Assembly: GCF_009914755.1 (NCBI RefSeq)
Contig: NC_060937.1
Reading direction: 5' to 3' (one strand)
Source: the human T2T-CHM13v2.0 reference genome, Homo sapiens
DNA: 64,000 nucleotides
Shown: positions 38,663 through 52,469 of the stretch, piece after piece
Numbering within the stretch: position 1 is the stretch's first letter
How the letters are laid out: each line of letters starts with the position of its first letter
Notes under the pieces: model-generated
The model's input: the letters and a program-made list of their open reading frames with translations, nothing else
Databases searched by the model: none
What the model was told of the DNA's origin: nothing
Made by a program: the position numbers and the translations under genes

Positions 38663-39169
38663 ATCCCAGTGGCAACCCGGGCCTCCCCATGCTGCTGTCC
38701 CTGCCCAGGCTAATCACAGCAAAGGGTTGGCGTATCCCAGTGGCAACCCGGCCCCCCCAACTGCCGCCGTCCTTGCCCGGGCTGATCACGACAAGGGTTG
38801 GCATATCCCAGTGGCAACCCGGGCCCCTCCACTGCTGCCATCCCTGCCCGGGCTAATCACGACAAGGGTTGGCACATCCCAGCGGCAGCCCGGCCCCCCC
38901 CCCCCCCCGCCCCACTGCTGCCGTCCTTGCCCAGGCTAATCACGACAAGCGTTGCCGTATCCCAGTGGCAACCCGGGCCCCTCCACTGCCACCGTCCCTG
39001 CCCAGGCTAATCACAACAAGGGCTGGCGTATCCCAGTGGCAACCTGACCCCCCCCAACTACCGCCGTCCCTGCCCGGGCTAATCACGACAAGGGTTGGCA
39101 TATCCCAGTGGCAATCCGGGCCCCCCCACTGCCGCCGTCCCTGCCTGGGCTAATCACAGCAAAGGGTTG
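38663..39169. repeat. 71-bp GC-rich VNTR, 7 copies
   Basis: Unit atcccagtggcaacccgggcccctccactgctgccatccctgcccgggctaatcacgacaagggttggcat starts at 38663, 38734, 38805, 38876, 38959, 39030 and 39102. Confidence 0.96.
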
Positions 39170-41017
39170 ATGTCACTGGAATGCACTCTTATGTTCATGC
39201 TGATTTATCTATCCAAGTGGTCGGCCATTGTTATCATCGGGTTCCTTTCTTGGTTGGTTAAATCTAGAGTGGCCAGTGAGGCTTAGTTTTTAATTGCCCT
39301 CACTGATGTACTTTGGAGAACCTTCTGTGACCTCCGTGTCAGCCTGGCAAGCAGAAATGCTTTTTGTCCCTGAACAGCGACAGGTGCACTGTGTATGGGA
39401 GACAAATGACTAGAATGTGGCATGTTCCTCCAAAGCCAACCCTGACTGGCAGCATGCGGCATGGCGCTGCAAGGTGCTACGTCACTCTTGCTCAACTGCC
39501 TTTTGTACCTTTCAGGTGGACATGGACTCCATGGAAGCCTGAGCTGCCAGGGGCTTCCCTGGGGCAGCACTGCTTCGCGTAGGCTCACGAGAAACTTCCA
39601 GGGTTCCTGGGTAAGGAAGACACAGCAAGAGCTGGCCTCTGCCGCATCTGCCTTTGTCACCAGACGCCCATCTTTAGGGCACCTCTCTCTCCGCTGCTTG
39701 AGTTTTAGGGTCTTGCCATAAAACTTCATTAAGGCCTCCCAGGCGAGGCTCAAAGCACCCTGCCCCGCGTAGGAAAAGGTTCAGAGCACATAGAGAAAAG
39801 AGCAAGGTTGCACCCCAAAAGAATGACAGGCGGGGAGACAAATGCTGGCTCAGCCAGCCTGACTCCATTCCCTGGGGGGCCGAGAGGGATGTACGATGGG
39901 TCTTGTGAGGGTGGAGGGTGCCTGCCTCGCCCGAGGGACGCTGTGCCCATGCCCCTGCTGCCAGTTCACCCAAAGCAGTTGACGTTTTTAAACGAGCACA
40001 AAGTCTCTGCTCTTCAGAGTGTGACGGGCTGCCCCTGTCTGCAAAAGCTGTCCCCGAATAGGCTTTCTCTGAGCTTGTTACCGTGGAGGGCTGGGCCCGG
40101 TTTCTAATCGCCCCCTTCACCGGGCTGCCTGCCGCTGGCTGCGGAAAGTGTGGGTTTGGCTGCATGATGGCCTCGTAATGGCTGTGGTGACGCCCTCTGC
40201 GTCTTCTCCCAGCGCCAGCCTTTCAACAGAGCAGCACATTATGCCTGGATAAGACTCAAAGAGCAGCTTAATATCAGGTTCTCTGGGGCTGTAATCATCG
40301 GTTCAGGATGGAGCAGACACAGCCGCAGCAAGGCCTCTGTGCAGCCCCCGGCTTAAAACACATCAACGCATCCGTGGGCACTTTTGTGAGTTAAAGCTCA
40401 ACTTACACATCTGCCTGTATCCATAGGAAATGAATGAAAATAAACAAACAAATTCCTTGCATTCAACGCAGCGTAAGAAAAATCACATCCTGTTCCCCAG
40501 TAGCTGAGGAAAGCCGGCTCACGAGAGTATACAGGGAGAAGAGGCCAGCATTGTGTGGCTGCCAGCAAAGCTCACTTGTATGTCAAATGCAGCGCTTTTC
40601 TTAGCCCATTATGTATTTTTTTTTTCTTGAACACTCCTGTGTCTACCGGGATCTCCTGTTTTTATTGTTTTGGGATGAGATTTTAAAAACACCATTTAAT
40701 GTAGCCTGTGTGCTCTTGTTCATTAAACCAAAAAGAAACCCTGGATCACGGCACAGGAGACTCTCCTCCCCGTTCTCTAGGGATGCGCCCTCATGGGGAA
40801 ACCCTCTTTTCTCATTATTTTTGATGGTGTGCTCTAACAAGACGATCTGGAGGAAACTCCATGTTCACAGGACACATTCCTGCAACGTGGCTTGGAGGGC
40901 CCACACCAGGGTTTGGCTCATCCATGTCGCAAACTAGAGGGGAGGAGGGTGCTGGCTATTTCCCATCTGCAGTCTCAGTTTCCCCACCAGAGGACTGGAG
41001 GGAATACTTGGGTGGGC

Positions 41018-41665
41018 TGTGATGCAATCCCGGCACGAACCCCCCAGCACTGGCATTGGAGTCGGAGGTTTGGGCATAGTCGCCAACATCGCACTTACTT
41101 CCATGCCAGCACCAAGTCTGCGGCTCCCCAGGCCACTCTCACTTCTGACCACAAGTTCAAGGCTCCCACAGCCTCTCTGGGGTCCGTAGTTCACTAGAAC
41201 GACTCGCAGAACTCAGAAAAGCTCTGTCCTCACAACTGCAGCCCTACCACCGAGGCCACGCTGAGGACCCAGCAGCGGAGACGCATCCAGGGCCGGTCGA
41301 GATCAGGAGGGTCCCAACATGGGGTTCCCGGGCCCTCTCCCTGTGGAAGGGGGCAGGGGGCACTTCCCCTCCCGCACGTCTGCGAGTTCTCACCGGGGCC
41401 TCCTTCTGTAGGGATCACTGCCCAGGTGATGAGCTCCTTCTCAAGCCTCCTCCCTTTTGGGAGGTCAAAGTTCAGCTATACCATGCGGCCCCACCCTGTA
41501 ATTGCATAGTTGGCCTTTCTGGTGTGGCCAGCCCCATGCAGACCCTAAGATGCCTAGGGACCTCCTTGAGTAACAAATTCCCATCACTCAGGAAATTCCG
41601 CAGGCTTAGATGTTACCTCCTAGGAACCCAGGACAAAGACCAGGCACATTTCTTACTATGCAACA
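41018..41665 (-). mobile_element. MER21-like LTR
   Basis: ccccaggccactctcacttctgacc...tcactagaacgactcgcagaactcag and catcactcaggaaattcc...ggaacccaggacaaagacca...tttcttacta, the MER21 5' end read antisense. Confidence 0.75.
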
Positions 41666-42598
41666 ATAATGGTAAGCTATGGCAGGAGTGTCATGAGGAT
41701 GAAATGGGAAGATGCAGGTCAAGCATGAGTGGCGGGGCCTGTGATCCATGCTTTATGTACTGAGTGAGTGCTTAATAAACGTTAGCTAGTGTCGTCAGCA
41801 CCATCGCTACATCATCACGCTCCTGAGTCCAAACCCAAGCCAGTCCAAGCCCAACAACACCTTCAGTTAAGGTTCCAGCAAACTTACACGACAGGGTCCA
41901 TTTGATAAATTCTCTATAAACCTATCCATAAATTATCATTTCTGTATGAGCTAAGACATAGGCAAACAATTTTTGTCAATGTTTAAAATTTTCACTGCTT
42001 CTCAGAAAAATAGTAGGTCAGAATCTTAAACTGTATTTTACTTAATCACACACAAATAATGTGGTATTCTGGTGTATTTTATGGAAGATTGATTAGCACT
42101 AAAGACTCACAGGCAAACGAATAAATGCAAATCATTTTTACACTCATCTGTAATTTTATCCTGCCAGTGCTACTTTGAAATTAGCATTCTTGTCCACAGT
42201 TTCTAAGTAATGATTCTGATGAGCCTCAGAGAGGGGATGTGACTACCCAAGTTCATAAAGCTGGTCAGCGATGAAACATTTCAGCAAAACCACAGAGTTA
42301 TTGAATGGGAAGAAGTACACGTGGTGGCCTCTGGTTCGAGGTATCCAGCGCTGTCCTCGGGTGGGGGAGAATCAGTGTCACCTCCCATCCAGCACGAGGC
42401 TTGCCCTGCTCCAGAGCAGGGTGTGGGGGTGCGTGTTCTGTTGCTCCAGCACTTACACGGGTAAGGCGAGGTACCAAGACTCATTTCAGGTACCAAAGCA
42501 GATCAGGGGACAGACTGAAATTCTGTAGAAATTTCACATTAGGTGGTCAAGAACTAGTGAAATGATTCACTTGCATTAAGGCTATACACAGTTTCACT

Positions 42599-43137
42599 AG
42601 GTAGTGTGCTTGATAAATATCTTGCAACCGGCTCTCCAGAAAGCAGAAAGAGAGCTTCCTTACAGTGTGCCAGTGCCCATGGTGTAAATGCCCTTACCAT
42701 GGCAGATTCCAGAAAGCAGAAGGAGCTGACTCACAGCATGCCAATGTCCATGGTGCAAATACCCTCACCGTGGCAGATTCCAGAAAGCAGAGCTGACTCA
42801 CAGTGTGCCAGTGTCCATGGTGCAAATACCCTCACCGTAGCAGATTCCAGAAAGCAGAGCTGACTCACAGTGTGCCAATGTCCATGGTGCAAATACCCTC
42901 ACCGTAGCAGATTCCAGAAAGCAGAGCTGACTCACAGCATGCCAATGTCCATGGTGCAAATACCCTCACCGTGGCAGATTCCAGAAAGCAGAAAGAGAGC
43001 TGCCTTGCAGCGTGCAAATGTCCCTGGTGCAATTCCCTCACCGTGGCAGATTCCAGCCCCCCAGTGCAACATTGCTGAATGCAGACTTGGGAAAAGATGT
43101 GCACGTAAGTCCTTGCAAGACGCTCAGCACACCACTG
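42599..43137. mobile_element. MER63A-like hAT MITE with an internal tandem expansion
   Basis: Termini aggtagtgtgctt...caaccggctctc and cagcacaccactg; 8-bp TSD gtttcact (42591-98) / gtttcagt (43138-45). Confidence 0.8.
42635..43056. repeat. 67-73 bp VNTR, 6 copies
   Basis: tccagaaagcag starts at 42635, 42708, 42779, 42846, 42913 and 42980. Confidence 0.96.
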
Positions 43138-44941
43138 GTTTCAGTCTGGGGCTCCTACCCCTCACGACGATTTTGAATCTTGATTTTGTTATCAGTCATG
43201 TTTATGTTAGTTACTTGCCCAAGTCACCTTCAGTGTTGTGAGGGTGCCCTATGGATAGGATGGTGAGTGGGCAGACTGAAGGCAGTCTTAGGGCACCCTG
43301 TAGGGCCCTCCTGGGCACATGTCACCTTATCTACTTTGAGCAAAATTCTTTGCTCAATGTAAGTCTCCCTACCTATATTCTTACCTAAATCATATTTCTC
43401 TACTTTCAATGTTAAATAAAAAATAAATAATTACGCTTAGGGCATTTTCCAGTCAGCAAACCTCCATTTCATTCTGACACTGGTCTCATCTATCTCTCTC
43501 ACAGCGTGGGTCTTCTGCAGATGTGTAAGAATGCCCTGTAGCCAAATTCGATGTGGCCAAATGTTGTATTCCCAAGTTCAGGAAGGGCGGGGCTAGCTTT
43601 ATAGCAATGCATGGAGAATAAAAGTTTGTGCTGATTGAGTTACAAAAACCGGGTTAATAGAACTTTGGAGAAGCAGAACTTTGGTGGAGGATATTGAGGT
43701 GTGTGAATAAAGGCATGAGAGGGTCCGAAAGATGTTGCTGAGGGAAAATAGCAAGATGTGACTGGGCTTTAGAGGGAGGGCATGGAGGGGGAGTGGAGTG
43801 TCGGAAAGGACCCCAGACCTAGAGCCTGGGAGCGAGGAACCTGGTGAGGCCAGGCTGGAGGTCATGATCCACAGTAAGCAACAAGAAAGCAGCGCCTGAC
43901 AAGGCAGCCGTGGAGAGCCAAGGGCTGCCATCAGCCTCTTCATCACCCTTGGGGTGAAGGCAGAGGAAGAAGCAGCCTGTGGGAAGCATGTGGTAAAAAC
44001 CTAGCAGAGGCTCCAACTAACCCAAAGTGCATCGTAAAATATCATAAGAACAGGATGCCGTGGGGGAAATCTACAAAAGACTGTTGTTTCAAAAAAGAGA
44101 ATCTTTTATGCAACAACCAGGAGACCACAGGCTTTCCCAGCCCTGCGTTTGAAGGTTTCTGCGGGAATTTCACCTTGTTTTCACCTGGCTGTGCTTTCTG
44201 TGCATTTGGCAATGATGCCACCCGCATGTATCTGTGTGGCAGCAAAATCCAGGCCACGGCCTTCCATCATTTTCCTGCCAGAAGCCCGCAGAGCCCGCTC
44301 CAGCCCAGCGCCGGCTCAGCACCTCCCGGCAGGCCCTGGAGGCCACCCATGGCACCCCATGGCTAATTGGCTGCCGCTGGTGCTGCCGGAAGTCAGGAGC
44401 AATGTGGCCACCACTGCCCCCCACTTCCTCCATCAGTATTTTAGCATCTTTTCTCTGCCAGCCCAACTCACAGGCGTGCCACATGCGTTCACCTGCAGGA
44501 GCAGTTTAGATACTCTGCTGTTTAATAGCCTTCGCACTTATGCAGACCCGAGAGCAGGACTGCGTGGTTGAATACAGTGACAAAGCCCAGGAACAGGACA
44601 CGTTGCAGGTCAGCCGCTCGCAGCTGCTGGGTGGGGCGGTGTCCACTCTTACCGGCCTTGGTTCCATTGGAAACCTGATCGTATCTTGGTAATGCGGTGC
44701 CGCTGGGCTCCAAGAAGCTTCCTGCCTTTTAAAGCATTTTTCTTGTGAAGCCCATCGTGACATGACAAATAAGCAGTCCATGTACCTTCGTATGTTCACA
44801 GAGAGTTCCCGGCAGGGGATGTGGCTTCTGTGGCTCAGGTTAGAACCCAGCCTCTGTCCCTGTCCGTCTGTGTTCTAGCTCGCCAGACTTAAACAGTGGA
44901 CTAGCAAGGCGGGAGGAGCACGTGTTTGGAGTGTGGCCCCA

Positions 44942-45099
44942 CGTCCCCGCCCCCTTCTGCGTCCCCGCCCCCTTCCGCGTCCCCGCCCCCTTCCGCGTCC
45001 CCGCCCCCTTCCGCGTCCCCGCCCCCTTCCGCGTCCCCGCCCCCTTCCGCGTCCCCGCCCCCTTCTGCGTCCCCGCCCCCTTCCGCGTCCCCGCCCCCT
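44942..45099. repeat. 18-bp CpG-rich VNTR, about 8.8 copies
   Basis: Unit cgtccccgcccccttc(c/t)g, nearly perfect. Confidence 0.98.
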
Positions 45100-45398
45100 C
45101 CACCCTCAGTGACTGTCACTTTCTCTCTCAAGCTGCCCTCTCACGCCTGTGTGCCAGTGAAGGCAGGGTCAGAGCTCTGCTCACAGCTCTGACACTTCAG
45201 TGGCTTCACGTGACACAAGTTTTATTTGTCCTTACTTCGCAGTGCTGTATGTTGGTTTTTGGGGTGGAAGACAGACCCTACTCCGTTCCGTGGTTCAGAG
45301 ACTGTTGGCTGGAACTCAGCCTCATAGCTGCACTGATGGTGGCTTAGGCACGTGAAGTCACCGGTGGGCCAGGAAGATGGTGGATGCGTGTCATGAGC

Positions 45399-46134
<736 letters not shown>

Positions 46135-46799
46135 TAAAGATTCCAAATCTACCACCTCATAATCAGTTGGGAGCAGGCAGTGCCTGGCCGCTACGCACCT
46201 GGAGCACTTCCAGGCACCGACGCTGCTGCACACTTTATGATCTCTTTGTGGCCATGTTGAGCTGATTGAAATGGAAGATATTCCCTAAAATCAGAATCAT
46301 AAAAATCTGCAATGAGATTTCCAGTTTTGATCCTGCTCCCAGGGCAACATTGTACTTAACTTTGAGACTTAGCTCTCATGTTACTTCCCTCTGAAGCCTC
46401 CCCAGCTCTTTTCTTGCTTTCCTCAAGCTCAGTGTCTGGGTTCCCACATTTTCCTAATGACCTGCGAATCCCCGTGGATCCCAGATCTGGGCTGTGCTGT
46501 CCCTGATGTTTCTTCTCCCACAATGCGCGCCCTTGGGACCGTGGCTGCCCTGTCTGCACTTGGAGCAAGCACCGTGTACACTGTTGGTGCTCAGTCAATG
46601 CCTATGAAATGGACCCAGGTCACGGCCTCCAATACAGCTACACAGAATGGGACTGGAGACCTGAAATGCTGCCTGTGCCTCGTGGCTTCTGTCAGAGGGG
46701 TCATTACCAAGGAAATGGAGAGGGGCTCGGTTCTTGACCCTAGTTCGCATATTTCTCAATTTTTGAGAAAACAGTTCTTCAAATTCTGCCTGTGTCTCT

Positions 46800-46880
46800 T
46801 TTCCTTTTTTCTTTTTCATGTTTAATGTTTGTGGGTACATGAGATATTTTGATACAGGCATGTAACATGTAATAATCATG
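46800..46880 (-). mobile_element. Short L1MA 3' terminal fragment
   Basis: gtgggtacatgagatattttgatacaggcatgtaacatgtaataatca. Confidence 0.6.
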
Positions 46881-47117
46881 TCTCTTTTCTAATGGACAAA
46901 TGAGCTTCTGTTCTGTTGGGGCTGTTATTAGGGAGCATAATTCTTCCCTGAAAGGACAGGGCTAATGTCAGGCACTGAGGAACGGGCAGAGGCTCCAGGG
47001 ACAGAAAGCGTGGAGTGGGGCGGAAGCCTCAGCCCAGGGAAAGAGAGCCCCTTCCTCTGCCTGGCTGTGCTCTTGGAAGCTTAACCCCAAGGCTACAGGG
47101 ACCCTGGTGGTGCAGAA

Positions 47118-47216
47118 GGAGAGGCTTCTACTCCAGGACAGGGGCCTACCCAGTGGAAGGGAGCTGGAGAGGCTTCTACTCCAGGACAGGGGCCTACCCA
47201 GTGGAAGGGGGGCTGG
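47118..47216. repeat. 48-bp tandem duplication
   Basis: ggagaggcttctactccaggacaggggcctacccagtggaaggg at 47118 and 47166. Confidence 0.95.
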
Positions 47217-47919
47217 CACCAGGTGCCTCCAGGAAGGTCACATCTGAGGAGTCGGAGCTGGTGTCTCTTCTCTGAAGTTCTCTCACCCTGAGCCTGCAGG
47301 GAAGTCATGTGAACACAACAGCCTGACCTCCTGGGAGCTCTGGGAAGTCCAGGTGTCTGAACCTTGCTTGATCTGGAGATATAAGAGGGAGAGGCTCCTG
47401 GGGCCCAGGGGTGTTGATGGCTTGATGGGTGAGAAGCGCAAGTGGGGAGAGTTTGAGAAGTGAAGACGCTCCCTGCATGGTAGGACAGTGGACGAAGCTC
47501 ACGTATTCAACCTGGCCGCTGTCTTCATGGAGCAAAGGGACTGATTCCTTTTTAAGCATAAGTAGATGTCCAAGATGGCATCTGGCAACAGATTCTTTCT
47601 TCTCTGTGCACTAAGAGTGGAGATTTCTTTGATCTCAAAAAGAGGAATTAGAAAGTAGCAAACATTCATACCTTCTCTTGGCAAGATATAAAATGTTGCA
47701 GACATACACCATAAGATGTAAAATACATTCTGTAAAATATAAAATGTGTGCATTACTTACTTTTGTACATGGGCATTACACATATACACACACATTCCCT
47801 CCAAGGAGTGAATGAATAGCGTCTTCTGATTCCTCTGGAGCAGCATAGAATGTGGTTTGGAAAATGCTGTCTTGACCCAGTTTGGAGGTCCTGGCTAGAG
47901 GTGGCCAGGTCCCCTTCTT

Positions 47920-48595
47920 CAGCCCACATCCTGACCGCCTGCTTATTGGGTCACCCTCCGGGCCACTATCTGTCTGAGCTGATCACACTGGGGCAGGTGC
48001 CAGACAGCTAGAGACAGCCCCGGTGCCACAGGGCCTGCCAGAATTATTCAAACCAGTCAATCCTAAGCCTGCCTTCCCTGCCCCGGAAACGGCCATAAAG
48101 GCTGGTAGATAGAGGCTCCTGCCATAGCCCGTCTCCCTCCCGGCCGACCCGGCCTTCCCTGCGTGCCCTACAGGGTGCTGCTTGCCTCCTTCTCCTGGAA
48201 GCAGTGACTGTAACAAACTCTTCTCAATGGCAGTCGTCTCCCGATCTGCTGGCCTCTTCCACTTAAATCATAATAAAATCTGGCCAGGCACAGTGACTCA
48301 TGCCTGTAATCGTGGCGTGGGAGGCAGAGGTGGGTGGATCACCTGAGGTCAGGAGTTTGAGACCAGCCTGACCAATATGGTGAAACCCCATCTCTACTAA
48401 AAATACAAAAATTAGCCAGGCGTGGTGACAGGTACCTGTAATCCCAGCTACTCAGGAAGCTGAGGCAGGAGAATCACTTGAACCTGGGGAGGCAGAGGTT
48501 GGAGTGAGCGGAAATTGTACCACCGCACTCCAGCCTGGGCAGCAGAGCTCAACTCTATCTCAAAATAATAATAATAACAAAAACTATTAAAACAC
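47920..48595 (+). mobile_element. ERVL-class LTR (MER73/MER74-like) with an Alu near its 3' end
   Basis: aattattcaaaccagtcaatcctaagcctgc...ataaaggct...gtaacaaactcttc...cagtcgtctcc; resumes attaaaaca after the Alu; subfamily uncertain. Confidence 0.55.
48282..48577 (+). mobile_element. AluS
   Basis: ggccaggcacagtgactcatgcctgtaatc...cacctgaggtcaggagtttgagaccagcc...(aat)n tail. Confidence 0.95.
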
Positions 48596-51500
48596 AGTGG
48601 TTAATCAGCCTGTCTTTTTCCAGATGAAGGATCAAGAAGTCCACTGGCTTCCAGGCCAAGGCTGTGCTGGCATCCCTGACACTGTCCACCCCTGCTCCTC
48701 TCCAACCACCGGAGGCGAGACAAGGCGGGTGGCCACATCTAGACCCGCAGCAGCCGGGGCAGGGGGCCGTTATCTCGCTCCTAATGGGAAAAGGCTCTGG
48801 GTGAACCCCTGGCACAGCAGCAGCCAGGCGGTGGCTGTAATGGCCAGGAGAGAGTCTGGACACTCTAATTTGTGTTCTATGCTTGCCTGTGGTTGACCTC
48901 ACTTGATTTCTAACTGCAGCCTCTAGGTTTTGCATCCACATTTTATCTTCTACCTGCATAGGGTTCTGTTTCCATCTGATTCAGAATAAGACTCTCTGTC
49001 ACCTGAGATCAGATCTCAGTCCACTGGATTTGAGGGTGAGACCCTGGTACACCTTTTCCTTCAGCCAATAAGGTGATGCCCCCCCCCCCTCGAAGGTCTC
49101 TCTAGCATTGTGGGCCCTGGGCACAGAGGGGCCCAGGGGTGAGTAGGGGCCGCACGTCCTAGGATAACGAGTGGACAGGGTGGGGTTGGTGAAGGGAAGT
49201 CGTATCCCGCCGTGAGTGGTGCTGGCGGTGCTAGGAGGTGCTGGGCAGGTGCCGTGCTGGCCTGGGGGAATGTCACTCAGGCCACAAGGTTCTTAGGGTT
49301 CCAGATCCTGGATGGACGGACTCCCTGTCCCTGTGGAGCTCATGGCTGTGACTCGGTGGGCATGGAGCCTTCTCTTCCTTATGCCTTGGCCTCCAGATAC
49401 TTACCCCACGTCTTGCCTTTCATTCTTTCTCTAGTCCTTTTGGCAAATGGGAAAGTGGGGAATTCCTGCTTTTCTCACAAACCTCCAGCTCCTGGCCTCT
49501 GGGTGGATGTGTGCTGAGGTAGCCCTGTTTATGCCCCTTACTGCTCCTCAGTATCTGGGCTTCAATACTGCCCCTCACCAAAAGGGTGATGGGACCCCCC
49601 ATTGAAATTACCATCAAAATGGGGTGGGAATCTCAGCCAATGGATCCCCAGAGACTGGCTCCATCCACCCCAGACCGAGGGCTCCTTCCTCAGGTCCAGG
49701 TACCCAGAACGCAGGGGTCCCTGCGTCGTCTACCTGACGATGGGACCCATAGTACCTTCGGGAGGCTGGGAGCTGGCCCAGGTGCTCCTTTACCTCCACA
49801 GAGGCCATGAGCCCCACAGCCTCCATTGTCTCCCAAGGACATGGGTGTACCCACAGCCATTGCTCCTGCCTTGGAGAAGAGCCATCTGTGAGCCAGCCAG
49901 CCAGACGCCTGCAGGCCAGCATCTCACGGAGAGCAGGACACCAAGATAAATGGTGCACCTGCTAAGTGAACCTGATGAACGTCGGTGGCCAAAACCATCA
50001 GGAGGAGGAAGAGCCAGACCTAGGACCACACACCAGAGAGGGCAACATGAGAAAGAGCTCCCGACCCCATCAGCGAGGAGCCGGCCCGGCCAGGGGGACC
50101 TCACGCCGGTTCTGATGTGCACAGTCAACCTCTAGGAGCTCTTGACACTGCTGAGGGGCCACCCAGGGAGGGAGAGCTGGTGGGGGGACCCACAGCCCCC
50201 ATCCCCACCTTCTCCAATGCTGTGGCTGCTCCTGCTCCTGCAGGGGCCCAGGCAGCCTCACACTCCTCATTTTATAGAGGAAGAATGGAGGCTCCAACAA
50301 CACAAGCCTGCTGTAGTTCCTGCAGGCTTCGTGGGCTCCGCACGTGTGTCTAGGGGCTGATCCTCCCAGAGTCACAATAACTCCATCCCTGTCACCTACA
50401 AGACTAGCACGTGGTGTTTATTTCATTCTCCTTGTTGAACTGATATGGTGGCTGCAGCCACTCACCTCCTCAATATCTGCAATGCTCCAGGTTTAAATTT
50501 CTAAGGTTTCATCTTGCTCCTGACTCTGAGTCCTAAAAGTCCTCCAAATGCATGAATATTTTATTTTGTCCAAAAGTCTCAGGGTTCTGTAGGCAGATCT
50601 GACACTGCAGTGCCTCTGGAGAGAAAGAGTTGGTGTCCTCGAGTCTCTCCTGAAGAGAGCCCGGCCTGATTCTTACTCTGTAGGACCAGACTCCTCAAAC
50701 TCTGAAATGCCTGAACAAATCAAGGAGAGGCTGCAGAAGCACTCTTTTCAGATATGGGGGTTTCACTCTCATCCTGCAGAAACTGGCCAGGGGCCCAGCA
50801 ACATGGGACCATCACACCCGAAGGAGCAGAGGGCACCAGCATCGCTCATCAGGAATCAGGGCTGTTAGGAAGAAATTGCAGCAAATCACCTGCAGACACT
50901 GGTCCTGACGCTTTCTCTGGAGGGAGGGTGACTGCCTTGGAAGGCTCGCATCAAATGGGGCAGAACTCTTGCTTTCTCTCTTGTCCTGAAGGTGCTGTCT
51001 TTTATGTACCGGTGAAGTATGCCGCCAGGCATTGTGAGTACTCTCTGAGCGTCAATGAGCTGCTATTAGGATACTTTCTTCAAGGTCGTTCTGGGTACAA
51101 GATTGTCATGACCTGCAGTACCAACTGCTTTGAAACCGTCACGGCCTCCCAACAGCAAGTTTCCTGGAACAGGAGCCCTCATTTCTGATGGCCTTGCATC
51201 CACATACGTTAGGGTCTGATTGAAGAGGTTCTTGGATTAATTCTGCCACTGAGAGAGGAATTGGGAGCTCAGCATTTGCTGCTGGAAAGAATTAAAGAAT
51301 TCACAACAGTGCGTTCATGCTAAATCTGCTGCATCCATATTTGGGTCCTTAGTTCAGTGTGCATCATCCCCTGCCTGAATTTGCATGACCTTCTTCTAGC
51401 AGGTCAGCCTGCCCAGGGTCTCCCATGGGCCCAGCGCACGCCTGCTGAGACGTCACAGTCCACTTACTACAGGCCGGCCTGACTGTGGGTTCCTAGCTTG

Positions 51501-51828
51501 AACCTCTTCTCCAACGTCCCGTTGCCAAGAAATTATCCACTTGACCTACAAAGCCCGGCAGCACCTGGCCCCTGCAGGCGTCCCTAGACTCTTCTTCCAC
51601 GCAGAGTCCTCCCATTCCACTCACTTTATATCTCCAGGCCCCTGCACACCATTTCCCTAAATGCTCTTCCTCCCCACACTGTTCCACATCCTTCACCCAA
51701 CTAACCCTGCCTTTCCCTGATGAACTTGGCAGGTACCTTCTTACAGATGGATCCCCCGCCCAGCATCCCAGTCTGGTTTAGGTAGCCCCTCAGTGTGTTC
51801 ATAGCCCTTGCTCCTCTTCACCAAAGCA

Positions 51829-51982
51829 TTTTTTTTAGACAGGGTCTCACTCTGTGGCCCAGGCTGGAGTGTGGTGGTGTGATCCTGGCTCGCTCAGCCT
51901 CCAACTCCTAGGTTCAAGCCATCCTCCCACCTCAACCTCTCAAAGTATTGAGATTTTTAGTTGTGTACCACTGCATCCAGCC
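51829..51982 (-). mobile_element. Alu monomer (FRAM/FAM-like)
   Basis: Single-arm antisense Alu flanked by ccaaagcatt / ccaaagcact direct repeats. Confidence 0.8.
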
Positions 51983-52089
51983 CCAAAGCACTTTGCCATT
52001 GTCCATTTTTCCTCCCTGAACCATGAACACCCATATATGAGGTGCGATCCGTGCCTGAATCCTCTCGGCGTTCACCTGTGTGGTTGATC

Positions 52090-52469
52090 ACCGCCAATGC
52101 CTGTGACTACCTGGGGCGTGTCTCGAGGTTGCAGGGGTGAACAGCTAGCGTGTGGGGCAGGCTGGAAGTAGCCTTGCAAGCAGCTCTGGCCAGAATTGAT
52201 GGGGAGCTGGAGATGAGCTCCAGCCTCCTTGCCCCTTCACAAGGGCAGTTCTGGGGTGGGTTCCATACTGCCTCCTGGGGTCCCGCCATGGGGTTAGGCT
52301 GCAGTGGACCGCAGCTGTCACTTGCCTGGTGGGCACCGTTTCTTACCCCGCCCCACACCCCTCCGTGCGAGCGAGCCGCTGCGTCTCTCCTGGGATCACT
52401 TTCCACTTAAGCTTCTTGCCCTCAAGTCCTTGTCTAGGGTCCCCTCCTGGAGGAACACACACTGAGACC
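52090..52469 (+). mobile_element. Old ERVL LTR fragment (LTR16/33/40-like)
   Basis: 3' end ctcctgggatcactttcc...ctcaagtccttgtctagggtcccctcctggaggaacacacactgagaca resembles these LTR termini. Confidence 0.5.

Noticed and set aside
44840-45347. Periodic ORFs (GAGTRK)n, (VPAPFR)n, (SASPPP)n
   Set aside because: These are translations of the 18-bp VNTR; there is no splice or promoter support for coding
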